This document shows, in pieces, positions 15,977 to 24,970 of a stretch of 42,514 nucleotides of DNA. The stretch's first letter is position 1. Every line of letters starts with the position of its first letter. Position numbers and translations under genes: made by a program. The stretch lies in the sequence record OQ921331.1; one strand, written 5' to 3'. Source of the DNA: Escherichia phage vB_EcoP_PAS7. Under the pieces are notes generated by a model, which worked only from the letters and a program-made list of their open reading frames with translations, was not told the DNA's origin and ran no database searches.

Positions 15977-16413
15977 GTGATGAATTAGAGATAGGTCGTG
16001 AGTATACTTGGGGATCTGGGGCATGTACATATGTTCGTGATGAGTATGGGATTTGGTGTTTAAGAGACAAGGGTCATAGGCTCAGTAAGGACAGGGCAGC
16101 AGAGCATATTAAATATGCTACCAGTTACAGTAAGTTCCGCTATTTGAATGATGGGAAAGCTGCGGGTCGTCTTAATGTTGACGACGTACGCAAACCTTCA
16201 CATTACCAAGTATTCCCGGACGTAGAGAGTATTGAGATTATCGCACGTAGCATGACGCAAGCAGAGTTCAAAGGCTTCTGCCTCGGTAATGTTCTGAAGT
16301 ACCGACTGCGTGCAGGTAAGAAGTCTGAACTTGCTACAATGGAGAAGGACCTGAAGAAGGCCGACTTTTATAAAGAACTGTTCGAACAGCATAAGGGTAA
16401 ATGCTATGAGTAA
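15973..16413 (+). CDS. DUF3310-like phage protein
   Basis: C-terminal pattern HYQVFP...GNVLKYRLRAGKK...DLKKADFY resembles the DUF3310 signature (recalled). Confidence 0.4.
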   Translation: MSDELEIGREYTWGSGACTYVRDEYGIWCLRDKGHRLSKDRAAEHIKYATSYSKFRYLNDGKAAGRLNVDDVRKPSHYQVFPDVESIEIIARSMTQAEFKGFCLGNVLKYRLRAGKKSELATMEKDLKKADFYKELFEQHKGKCYE

Positions 16414-16576
16414 GAAGATTATCGCAGTGATTGAACTTCAGACTGAAGATTTAGATTTAGCTGAGGAGTTCATGCAGAATCTGTTTCAAGCAGGTGCAGA
16501 TTACGGTCACGTCCGTAAAGATTATGATTTCTACCTGATGGAAGGCGACAACGAGTTCGTAGAGGTATTACATTGA
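16406..16576 (+). CDS. small hypothetical acidic protein (56 aa)
   Basis: ATG at 16406, stop TGA at 16574-16576; found by manual translation. Confidence 0.3.
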   Translation: MSKKIIAVIELQTEDLDLAEEFMQNLFQAGADYGHVRKDYDFYLMEGDNEFVEVLH

Positions 16577-16698
16577 TGTGCAGTGAATGGTGTATGGCAC
16601 GCTGGACTGAAGCAATTGAAGCAGGTAACGAAGCAGCAGCTAAAGACTATCAAGAACTTTACGTGCTCTGGAAAGAGCGCGAAGATAAAGCTAAGTAA
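16576..16698 (+). CDS. small hypothetical protein (40 aa)
   Basis: ATG overlaps the upstream stop; MCSEWCMARWTEAIEAGNEAAAKDYQELYVLWKEREDKAK. Confidence 0.25.
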   Translation: MCSEWCMARWTEAIEAGNEAAAKDYQELYVLWKEREDKAK

Positions 16699-16745
16699 AC
16701 AAATTATTAACCTCAGATACGCCAAGACTAGCGAGAGGGCATCAA

Positions 16746-19196
16746 ATGAAACACGAATCATTAGAACAGAAAGTAGAACGTCAGGTACAGCTAGAGAAGG
16801 ATTACCGTACACGTAGCCTGAATAAGTCACGTGAGCTTGTACAGAAAGCTATGCAAGCTGGTAATCTTTCAAGCCTGCCTAAGGTATCTCGTATGATTGC
16901 AGCTGCTTACGACACCGTAGCAGCAGGCATTGACGAGATGAAGGCAGAGAAAACAGCAGGCGTAGGCGGCAAGTACCGCAGCGTTATACGTCTGGTTCCT
17001 ACGGATGTACTGACCGTGATGACTTTAACTAAGTGTTTCGATGCCCTCTTTGTATCTGAAGGCGGCAGCTCTCGCGTGAGTGCTGGTACTCTGCTGGCTA
17101 ATATTGGTCGTCAGGTACAGGCAGAAGTCCTAAGCATTCAGCTTGAGACTGTAGCACCTGCATACATGAACCGAGTGTTCGAGTACTTGAAAGAACGTAA
17201 TACTACCAGCCCTTCCCACATCATGAAGACACTGCGCGCTTCAGCTGAGAATGTGCACTTAGGGCATGAGCCGTGGAGCAACTCTCAATGTGTAGCGGTA
17301 GGTAAGCTCCTGCTTCAACCAGCTTGGGAGACGGGCCTGTTCCAGTGGGATAAGGCTACCGATGCCACCCGCATGTCCTACCTTGCACCTGCACCTGAAT
17401 TAGCCGAGCACTTGCAAGAACTGGTAGAAGATGCAGATACAGTAGATATCAAGCCGCCTATGCTGGTTAAGCCTAACCGCCACGATACACTGTTCTCCGG
17501 CGGTTACCTGCTCCCTTCTACCTGTAAGCGTGGTACTTATCACAACCGCCAGATTACTCGCAGCATGAAGCGCGATGTGTCTGACGCATTCAAGGAAGCG
17601 ACTGAACTTAAGTCTGCTCTGAATAAGTCTCAAGAAGTTCCTTACGTAATTAACAAGCAGATTCTTAACCTGATTAATGAGGCGCGTCGTACTGGAGTAA
17701 CTGCCGGTATGCCCAGCGCTTTCCCTGCTCCTAAACCTGAATGGTATCTGGACGGTGTACCTAAAGAAGAGTACACAGAGCGTCAGATGGATGACTTCCA
17801 AACTTGGAAGATGAACATGCGCAACTGGTACATCAATGAGCGTGCAAGGGTAAGTAAGCTGCGTTCCTTGATTTCACTGGTTCAGATTTGCGAAGAGTTT
17901 AAAGATGAAGAAGAGCTGTACTTCCCAACCTGCGTTGACTGGCGCTACCGTCTGTACTTCAAATCAAGCCTGCATCCTCAAGGTTCTGACATGCAAAAAG
18001 CTCTGCTGTCCTTCGGTCGGGCAAAGCCTCTGGGAGAGCGGGGTCTGTTTTGGCTCAAGGTACACGTCGCTACCTGCTATGGTTATGATAAGGCCTTATT
18101 CGAAAAGCGTGCAGCTTGGACTGATGCTAATATCGAGCAGATTCGACTTGTCGCATCAAGTCCGTTTAATGCAGAGGCTTTTAAAAGTGCCGACAGTCCG
18201 TGGTGTTTTCTGGCTGCCTGCATCGACCTCGTTGCTGCTCTTGACTCTGAAAGCCCAGAGCTTTACGAATCGCGGCTTCCGGTGGCTATGGATGCAACCA
18301 ACTCTGGCAGCCAGCACTTCTCAGCTCTACTGCGTGACCCAGTAGGCGGTAAACTTACTAACCTGTTCTGGGAAGGTAACGAAGAGAAAGCGGATATGTA
18401 CATGGACGTTAAGCAGCGTACTGATGCTAAGGTCATCATGGACTTGGACAATCCTGAGTTCGTAGTACAGGCTCAGTTCTGGCGTGAGAACGAGATTACT
18501 CGTAGCATGACCAAGCGCCCTTGCATGACACACGTATACTCTGCAACTGTTCGCTCGTGCTCTGAGTACATCCTCCAGTCTGCGCAGGAGGAAGGCTACG
18601 AAGGCACTGAGGAGTACAGCCTGTTCAAGCTGGCAGGTTACCTGAGTGGACGTATGAAGGCGGCGGTAGAGGACGCTAACCCAGCGGCTACAGCAGCAAT
18701 GAAGTACCTGCAATCCCTGTGCTATAAAGTTCCGGCAGCCAATCACCTGCAATGGAAGACTCCGCTAGGTGGTCTGGTTATTAATCGTTACACTGAGTCT
18801 GAAGAGACTACAGTCAAGGTTAAGAGCATGAACTTATCGCACCTGCTTATCTATAACCGTAACTACGATGTAAACAACAAGCGTAAGGCTAAGTCAGGTA
18901 TCTCCCCTAACTGGATTCACAGCTTAGATGCCACGCACTTGATGATGACTATTAATGCGTTCGAAGGTGATATCATGCCTATTCACGATTCAGTAGCTAC
19001 ACATGCTTGTGATGTAGATGTAATGCAGAAGGCAGTACGCGAGCAGTTCGTGCGCCTGTACACTGAGCACGATGTACTGCAAGAGATTACTGACGCAGCC
19101 GTAGAATGCGGCGCTGACTTGGAAGGTTTAGAAATGCCTGTTAAAGGTAATCTTAATATCCAATTAGTGAAGGAATCCCCGTTCTTCTTCTGCTGA
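16746..19196 (+). CDS. single-subunit DNA-dependent RNA polymerase (T7 RNAP family)
   Basis: 816 aa; DATNSGSQHFSALLRD matches the T7 RNAP catalytic motif DGSCSGIQHFSAMLRD; NWIHSLDATHLMM matches motif C. Placement before the structural genes is typical of phiKMV-like phages. Confidence 0.9.
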   Translation: MKHESLEQKVERQVQLEKDYRTRSLNKSRELVQKAMQAGNLSSLPKVSRMIAAAYDTVAAGIDEMKAEKTAGVGGKYRSVIRLVPTDVLTVMTLTKCFDALFVSEGGSSRVSAGTLLANIGRQVQAEVLSIQLETVAPAYMNRVFEYLKERNTTSPSHIMKTLRASAENVHLGHEPWSNSQCVAVGKLLLQPAWETGLFQWDKATDATRMSYLAPAPELAEHLQELVEDADTVDIKPPMLVKPNRHDTLFSGGYLLPSTCKRGTYHNRQITRSMKRDVSDAFKEATELKSALNKSQEVPYVINKQILNLINEARRTGVTAGMPSAFPAPKPEWYLDGVPKEEYTERQMDDFQTWKMNMRNWYINERARVSKLRSLISLVQICEEFKDEEELYFPTCVDWRYRLYFKSSLHPQGSDMQKALLSFGRAKPLGERGLFWLKVHVATCYGYDKALFEKRAAWTDANIEQIRLVASSPFNAEAFKSADSPWCFLAACIDLVAALDSESPELYESRLPVAMDATNSGSQHFSALLRDPVGGKLTNLFWEGNEEKADMYMDVKQRTDAKVIMDLDNPEFVVQAQFWRENEITRSMTKRPCMTHVYSATVRSCSEYILQSAQEEGYEGTEEYSLFKLAGYLSGRMKAAVEDANPAATAAMKYLQSLCYKVPAANHLQWKTPLGGLVINRYTESEETTVKVKSMNLSHLLIYNRNYDVNNKRKAKSGISPNWIHSLDATHLMMTINAFEGDIMPIHDSVATHACDVDVMQKAVREQFVRLYTEHDVLQEITDAAVECGADLEGLEMPVKGNLNIQLVKESPFFFC

Positions 19197-19255
19197 ACAT
19201 TAATTAAACAGTCATGCCCTCAGAGGTATGACTATAAGATACAGGGGTAGCAACC

Positions 19256-19684
19256 ATGAGCAATACATTAAACACAGCACAATACACAACACATCTCTAC
19301 AATTGGAACAACTCTTCTGATTACATAATCAGCATTGTTAAACAATTGCATGTATGGGGTATTGGTATCCAGTTAGGAATGGATGAGGAAGAGCATTTCC
19401 AGAAGGTTGTGCAAGAGATACAAGGACACAGTGTATTAGCAGTATTCAGCGGTGATGAGCTAATCGGAGGCGTAAGTATTATTCCTCAGTTATTAGAGAA
19501 TAGTCATTATACAGGTAAGAGTATGGCTACAGGATTTATGGTAGTCGAGCCTTATCACCCTAAAGCAGTTGCTACGCTCTACAGGAATTTAAAACGAATC
19601 GTTCGGGAGAACGGTGCAGACTGGCTTATATTCACACGTGCAGTATCTGACGTGGATTACTTACAGAAGGGGATTAAGCTTTGA
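19256..19684 (+). CDS. hypothetical protein
   Basis: ORF track, 142 aa. Confidence 0.45.
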   Translation: MSNTLNTAQYTTHLYNWNNSSDYIISIVKQLHVWGIGIQLGMDEEEHFQKVVQEIQGHSVLAVFSGDELIGGVSIIPQLLENSHYTGKSMATGFMVVEPYHPKAVATLYRNLKRIVRENGADWLIFTRAVSDVDYLQKGIKL

Positions 19685-20157
19685 AAGGTATTGAAGAATA
19701 CATAGCTTTAGACCCAAGTAGCCCTACGTATCTTAGCTGGATTAAGGCACCTCTTAGAGGACGTGTTAAAGTCGGCGAGCCGGCATTAATTTCCTTAAGC
19801 AAGACTAATTACTATCGTGGGAAGTTTCAGCAAAAGAACCTGCTTGCGCATCGCGTGGTGTACTACCTCGCTACTGGAATTGAACCTCCAGCAATGCTAG
19901 ACCATACAGACGGTAACAGGCAGAACAACAACCCAGATAACTTAAGGGCAGTAACTGCTCGAGAGAACAATCACAATAGGCATGCATGTAAAGGCTACCA
20001 CTGGCGAAGTAACAGAAATCACTGGTGCGCTCAGATACATGTAGATGGGAAGGAGATATACCTAGGCTCCTTTCAAACTGAAGCGGAAGCTAGGGCAGCT
20101 TATCTAGAAGGTAAGCGGATATACCACCCAAGTGCACCGGTACATTTACTTAACTAA
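19681..20157 (+). CDS. HNH-AP2 homing endonuclease (paralog 3 of 3)
   Basis: TTG start overlapping the upstream stop, AAGGGG RBS; EYIALDPSSPTYLSWIK, HNH motif LDHTDGNRQNNNPDNLRA, AP2-like C-terminus. Confidence 0.6.
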   Translation: MKGIEEYIALDPSSPTYLSWIKAPLRGRVKVGEPALISLSKTNYYRGKFQQKNLLAHRVVYYLATGIEPPAMLDHTDGNRQNNNPDNLRAVTARENNHNRHACKGYHWRSNRNHWCAQIHVDGKEIYLGSFQTEAEARAAYLEGKRIYHPSAPVHLLN

Positions 20158-20226
20158 CATAGCGCCTTCGGGCGGGAGGGTAGCATCATCGGCGGGATTA
20201 AGAAAGCATTATCATCAGTTACAGAT

Positions 20227-20448
20227 TTGGTTGGATTGACTGATACAGCGGCGCTGGAAGCACAGCAGAAGGCGGCGCGTGAACAACAGGAAGCACTGCA
20301 AGCGCAGGCAGCTCTGGATAACGATCAGTCTGGAGAAAATCTCACGCAGGTTGAATCTGGTGGTGCAGCTAATGCATCCGGTGCATCTATTACAGCAGAC
20401 CAGCGCAAGCGCCGTCAGGGTGCAGCATCAACTGCCTTAGGTATCTAA
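20227..20448 (+). CDS. hypothetical protein (start uncertain)
   Basis: ORF track starts at TTG; the frame is open back to the HNH stop at 20157 with no ATG. Confidence 0.3.
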   Translation: MVGLTDTAALEAQQKAAREQQEALQAQAALDNDQSGENLTQVESGGAANASGASITADQRKRRQGAASTALGI

Positions 20449-20449
20449 T

Positions 20450-22006
20450 ATGCAGAAGCGTCTATCCGAACTGTTTGTTAAATTAAAGGACCCTTCAGTT
20501 CTAGACGCTAGTGAACAGTTCGCTAACTGGACTCTTCCTAACGTCTTTACTAAGGATATCTCCGGTAACGATGGTAGACGCACTTCACTTCAACGCGATT
20601 ACCAAAGTACTGGGGCACTACTAATTAACTCAGCTGCAACTAAGATTGCAAACGCCTTGTTTCCACAAGGTAGTCCATTCTTTAGATTTGCAGATTCAGA
20701 AGAGCTTGCTAGTGTAATAAGCGAGCTTGGTATTCAAGGTACTGTATTCTCAGCTCAGGCAGAGATGGAGGACACAGCATCAAGTCTAGTATTTACTCGT
20801 GGCGGCTACGCAGCTAAGCTACGTGCCACTAAGCTCCTGCTTGTAACTGGTAATGCCTTAGAGTACTTCGATGACAGCACAGGACGTAGCTACATCTACA
20901 GTGTACGTGATTACGTAACTAAGCGAGATGGTGCAGGTAATGTCTTAATGACAGTTCTGCGTGAGCGTATCAGCGTAGCAGACATCCCAGACGATATCAG
21001 AAGTGCACACTTTGCACAGAAAGATACTTACGATGATGTCGCGCTCTATACTGGTATCATGCGTGAGAACCGAGAGACGGGTGCTGTATATAAAGTTTAT
21101 CAAGAAGTAGAAACCTTCCCTGTTGGCGAGGCTAGTTACTACCCTGAGAACGAATGCCCTTATATTGTGTTAGCATGGAACCTAGTTAACGGTGAGCATT
21201 ACGGACGTGGCCTTGTTGAAGACTATGCCGGAGACTTTGCACGATTATCAGTTCTGAGTAAGAGCCTGACCTTGTATGAGGTTGAAGCTGCTCGCGTAGT
21301 GAATATGGTATCCTCTGCCTCTGGTGTAGATATCGACTCATTACAGGATGCTGAGACAGGTGAGTTCGTACAGACTAACCAGCCTGCTGGTTCTCAGTCT
21401 GGGGTATGGGCACACGAAGGTGGTAATGCTCAGAAGATTAACTCACTACAGCAAGAGATTCAGTTGCTGGAGCAGAAGCTGGCACGTGCATTCATGTACG
21501 GAGGCAATACTCGTCAAGGCGAGCGTGTAACGGCTTATGAGATTCGTCAGAATGCTCAGGAAGCTCAGGCTGCTCTAGGCGATGCTTACTCTACACTTGC
21601 AGATAATTGGCTTCGTAGACTCGCGTACTTGTACGTTCTGAATAAATACCCTGAGATTAAACCTCAGCTTGACCTCGGCATTATGTCATTAGACGTAACC
21701 GTAGGTACTGCTTCCTTATATAAGGCTGCACAAGCAGACCGTTTACTTGAGGCAGTTCAGAGCCTGCAATTAATTGTACCAGTCCTACAGCAGAGTACTG
21801 CACGTACTAACGTAGATGCGTTGATTGATACCGTACTAGATAGCTTCGGCGTACAGTCTAATAAGTTCTTCTATACAGAGGAAGAGCTACAGGCTATGCA
21901 GCAGCAGCAACAAGCACAGCAGCAGCAGGACGTTCAGGCACAGCAGTCATTACTGCAAGCTCAGGACCCTACTATCGCTGGTGAGCAATTAGGTTTAATT
22001 CCATAA
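20450..22006 (+). CDS. head-to-tail connector (portal) protein
   Basis: 518 aa, first large gene of the structural block, poly-Q C-terminus; size and position match T7 gp8-like portals. Confidence 0.65.
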   Translation: MQKRLSELFVKLKDPSVLDASEQFANWTLPNVFTKDISGNDGRRTSLQRDYQSTGALLINSAATKIANALFPQGSPFFRFADSEELASVISELGIQGTVFSAQAEMEDTASSLVFTRGGYAAKLRATKLLLVTGNALEYFDDSTGRSYIYSVRDYVTKRDGAGNVLMTVLRERISVADIPDDIRSAHFAQKDTYDDVALYTGIMRENRETGAVYKVYQEVETFPVGEASYYPENECPYIVLAWNLVNGEHYGRGLVEDYAGDFARLSVLSKSLTLYEVEAARVVNMVSSASGVDIDSLQDAETGEFVQTNQPAGSQSGVWAHEGGNAQKINSLQQEIQLLEQKLARAFMYGGNTRQGERVTAYEIRQNAQEAQAALGDAYSTLADNWLRRLAYLYVLNKYPEIKPQLDLGIMSLDVTVGTASLYKAAQADRLLEAVQSLQLIVPVLQQSTARTNVDALIDTVLDSFGVQSNKFFYTEEELQAMQQQQQAQQQQDVQAQQSLLQAQDPTIAGEQLGLIP

Positions 22007-22015
22007 GAGGTTATA

Positions 22016-22834
22016 ATGTCAGAAGCAATTCAAGATGTATCTAGCGCCGTTCCAGAAACTACTGTTATTGAGAACGTTGGCGGTCCTAAGATTCCTGGGC
22101 CTCAAGGTGGCGTCAAAGCTCCGAACATGCAAGGAGTAGCACAGCCACAGGAACAAGAAGTTCCAGCAGCGTTAGATATTCAGGCACTGGCGCAGTCACT
22201 TAACAAATCAGAGACTGTTACTACTGAAGAGAAAGAACTTGCAGAGACAGGCAACCCGGCAATTGATGCTGGTATCGCCATGCTTAAACAGGTAGCTAAA
22301 CTGAATGACGCAGATATGGTCCGTGCCATTGGTAAGGCAGTTGAGCGTGGTGATGCTACTCTAATTGATACGGCATTTATTAAGGAACGCTTCGGCGAAC
22401 ATGCTGCATATGCAGAGCTATTAGCTAAGGCTTATCTGGATGACCAAGTAGGTCAAGCTCAGAAAGCAGTTAACTCGGCATATGAAGCAGCAGGTGGCAA
22501 GGAGAAGTGGGAAGCAGCTGCGCAGGTATTTAATGCAAAGGCCCCTCAGCATCTTCGTAACGCGGCACGTGCTTTAGCAGACTCTGGAGATATTCAGGGC
22601 GCCTCTAAGCTCGTACTGGAAACATGTCAATCAATGGGAATGATTGCTCAGGTTAACCCTATGCTGAAAGGCGGTGCGGGTACAGCTGGTGCACTTACTG
22701 CCCAAGCGTTCTCTGAAGAGTACGCTAAACTCCGTAAAGAGGTCGGCAACCGTAGCCTAGAATCTAGTGCTTTCAACGGTCGCTACCAAGAGCTTCTTGC
22801 TCGTCGTGCTGCTGGTAAACGCGCTGGCATTTAA
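22016..22834 (+). CDS. capsid assembly scaffolding protein
   Basis: 272 aa, Ala/Glu-rich, between portal and major capsid protein. Confidence 0.55.
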   Translation: MSEAIQDVSSAVPETTVIENVGGPKIPGPQGGVKAPNMQGVAQPQEQEVPAALDIQALAQSLNKSETVTTEEKELAETGNPAIDAGIAMLKQVAKLNDADMVRAIGKAVERGDATLIDTAFIKERFGEHAAYAELLAKAYLDDQVGQAQKAVNSAYEAAGGKEKWEAAAQVFNAKAPQHLRNAARALADSGDIQGASKLVLETCQSMGMIAQVNPMLKGGAGTAGALTAQAFSEEYAKLRKEVGNRSLESSAFNGRYQELLARRAAGKRAGI

Positions 22835-22852
22835 TGTAATAAGAGGTATTTA

Positions 22853-23044
22853 ATGAGTACAGTAGTTGAGGTAGTTTATAAGGACGGAACTTCAGAGGTT
22901 CTTGAAGGTTATACCGAGGTAAATGGAGGTAACACCGGGGCATTTCTGTTAGTTAGTGCTTACCCTGAGTCACCTTCCCTTCCTAGAATTTACTTTAGCC
23001 CAGAAGCAATTAAATGCGTTAAGAAGTACACTCAAGTAGATTAA
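22853..23044 (+). CDS. hypothetical small protein
   Basis: ORF track, 63 aa. Confidence 0.4.
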   Translation: MSTVVEVVYKDGTSEVLEGYTEVNGGNTGAFLLVSAYPESPSLPRIYFSPEAIKCVKKYTQVD

Positions 23045-23103
23045 AACTTGAATTTGCATCAGTAATAAACTCTATCTTTTAACTTTAATAGGAAATACAT
23101 AAC

Positions 23104-24096
23104 ATGGCTGATACTGCATACACTGGCAACTCTACTCGTCCACATTGGGGCGGCGCGTCCTCCGACGTTGATATTCATCTGGAAGTTTACCAGAATGAAG
23201 TAGATTCCCGCTTCGAATACCAAGCACTGTTCTTGGGCCTGTCTTCTCAGCGCTCTACTGCTGACCGCTCTAACACCTACCGTATTGACCGCCTGAACAC
23301 TTCTAGCGTTAAGGGCCGTCAGTCTGGTGTAGCTCTGGACCCGACCCCAGTACGTAACGATAAGATGATTATCGTAGTTGATACCGTACTGTACATCCGT
23401 AACCCGATTGACTATCAGGATGACTGGACTGCTCCAGACTTCCTTACCGAGATGGGTCAGAACAACGGTTACGAGTTCGCTGAGACCTTCGACCAAGCGC
23501 ACCTCATTCAGCTGATTAAGGGCCGTTCTTGGACTGCTCCAGAACATCTGAAGCCTGCATTCTCTGATGGTATCGAAATCGCTGCTACTCTGTCACTTGA
23601 CCCTGCCGATCAGGACCGTATGGAACTGGACGCTATGCGCATTAATGAGGCGCACAAGAAAGGTGTTGATGAGCTGATTAAGCGTAAGGTTCCGCTGGGT
23701 GATATGGTTACTCTGGTATCTACTGAGATTTACTCTAAGCTGCTGGAACATCCTAAGCTGTTCAACCGTGACTTCGGTGACTCCAACCTTGACGGCTTCA
23801 AGCAGCGTCGTGCTGTAGTTATGAATGGTATTCCGGTTGTCGAAGCTGTAGAGTTCCCAGAAGCCGGCGCGCATCCGCTGGGCAGTGCTTACACTGTTAC
23901 TGCTGATGATGCTGCTTGCCGTATGGTAACCTTCAGCAAGTCTAAGACTCTGGTAACTGTAGAAGCTAAGCCGTTCACCGCCCGTATTTGGGACGATGAG
24001 CTGAACTTCGCTAACGTGCTGGACTGCTACGCAATGTACACCGTCGGTAACCGCCGCCCGGATACTGCCGCTGTAGTCAAATTCACTTACGCTTAA
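23104..24096 (+). CDS. major capsid protein
   Basis: 330 aa; highly biased codon usage; followed by a strong terminator; position after scaffold. Confidence 0.7.
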   Translation: MADTAYTGNSTRPHWGGASSDVDIHLEVYQNEVDSRFEYQALFLGLSSQRSTADRSNTYRIDRLNTSSVKGRQSGVALDPTPVRNDKMIIVVDTVLYIRNPIDYQDDWTAPDFLTEMGQNNGYEFAETFDQAHLIQLIKGRSWTAPEHLKPAFSDGIEIAATLSLDPADQDRMELDAMRINEAHKKGVDELIKRKVPLGDMVTLVSTEIYSKLLEHPKLFNRDFGDSNLDGFKQRRAVVMNGIPVVEAVEFPEAGAHPLGSAYTVTADDAACRMVTFSKSKTLVTVEAKPFTARIWDDELNFANVLDCYAMYTVGNRRPDTAAVVKFTYA

Positions 24097-24105
24097 GGAT
24101 AGGTA

Positions 24106-24306
24106 ATGGCCTTACTGGCAAGCATTGGTGCAAAGCCCATGACTAAACGTTATGAAGCTAAGCGTGCGCTTAAGCAAGTGGAAGTCGAGCTTAAACGAGT
24201 ATCTCCAGAAGCTACTGCTGAAGAGGTAATCGAAGTAGTTGTAAGCGTACTTAAATCTAAGCTCGGTGTAGCTGAGCCAAAGAAGAAAGCTAAGAAAGCT
24301 GAATAA
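24106..24306 (+). CDS. hypothetical small protein with Lys-rich C-terminus
   Basis: ORF track, 66 aa, immediately upstream of the terminator. Confidence 0.4.
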   Translation: MALLASIGAKPMTKRYEAKRALKQVEVELKRVSPEATAEEVIEVVVSVLKSKLGVAEPKKKAKKAE

Positions 24307-24310
24307 CACT

Positions 24311-24350
24311 GAGCCCCGTATCCTTAATTGGGTGCGGGGCTTTTGTCGTT
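24311..24350 (+). terminator. rho-independent terminator downstream of the capsid gene (T-phi analogue)
   Basis: Stem GCCCCG 24313-24318 / CGGGGC 24335-24340 followed by TTTTGTCGTTT. Confidence 0.6.
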
Positions 24351-24407
24351 TCTAGACCCTTATCTTTTAAGTTCTAATCCCAGAGCTTAAAATATAGGAG
24401 ACTAATC

Positions 24408-24962
24408 ATGCGTCTTATCGATGCAGTGAACGTAACATTAGAAGCTCTGGGTGAATCTAGAGCTGTAGACTTGAACAGTAGCAATCCCTCAGTAGGCTTA
24501 GCTAAAGCAGCTATCGAGCGTACTCGACGTGGGGTGCTCAGTACCGGTCACTGGTTTAACGTGATTGAACGTGAAGTAGTACCAGCTCAGACAGGTCGTA
24601 TCAGTATCCCGTGGAAGCAACTGGCTATCTATGGTATTGACGGTAAGAAGTATTCCGAGCGTGATGGTATTCTCTACGACTTAGTAGAGCAGACTAATAG
24701 ATTCGAACAGCCTGTTAAGCTGCGTGTAGTACTGGACTTTGACTTCGAGGATTTACCAGAGCACGCTGCATTATGGATTGCGTATGAATCCGCAGCTCAG
24801 GTATACTCTAACGACTTAGGTGCAGATGCTACCTATCAGATTCTAACTCAACAGGCGCGTGAGTACGAAGCGCTTACCCTGCGTGAGCATTTACGCAATC
24901 AGCGGTACAGTACTGCGCGTACTCGTAACTCAGGCCGCATTCGTTATGGCTTCCGTATCTAG
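24408..24962 (+). CDS. tail tubular protein A
   Basis: 184 aa; position and size as T7 gp11; AGGAG RBS. Confidence 0.6.
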   Translation: MRLIDAVNVTLEALGESRAVDLNSSNPSVGLAKAAIERTRRGVLSTGHWFNVIEREVVPAQTGRISIPWKQLAIYGIDGKKYSERDGILYDLVEQTNRFEQPVKLRVVLDFDFEDLPEHAALWIAYESAAQVYSNDLGADATYQILTQQAREYEALTLREHLRNQRYSTARTRNSGRIRYGFRI

Positions 24963-24970
24963 AGGTACTC

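Noticed and set aside
19197-19255. Hairpin after RNAP (AGTCAT...ATGACT) as a terminator
   Set aside because: No U-tract follows the stem and the loop is 12 nt; it may be a processing or stability element but is not a convincing intrinsic terminator.
24094-24306. Possible T7 gene 10A/10B-style frameshift or readthrough extension of the capsid protein into 24106..24306
   Set aside because: The downstream ORF is in the same frame as the capsid gene but separated by two in-frame stops (TAA, TAG), and no -1 frame extension ORF exists. There is no support for a programmed frameshift.
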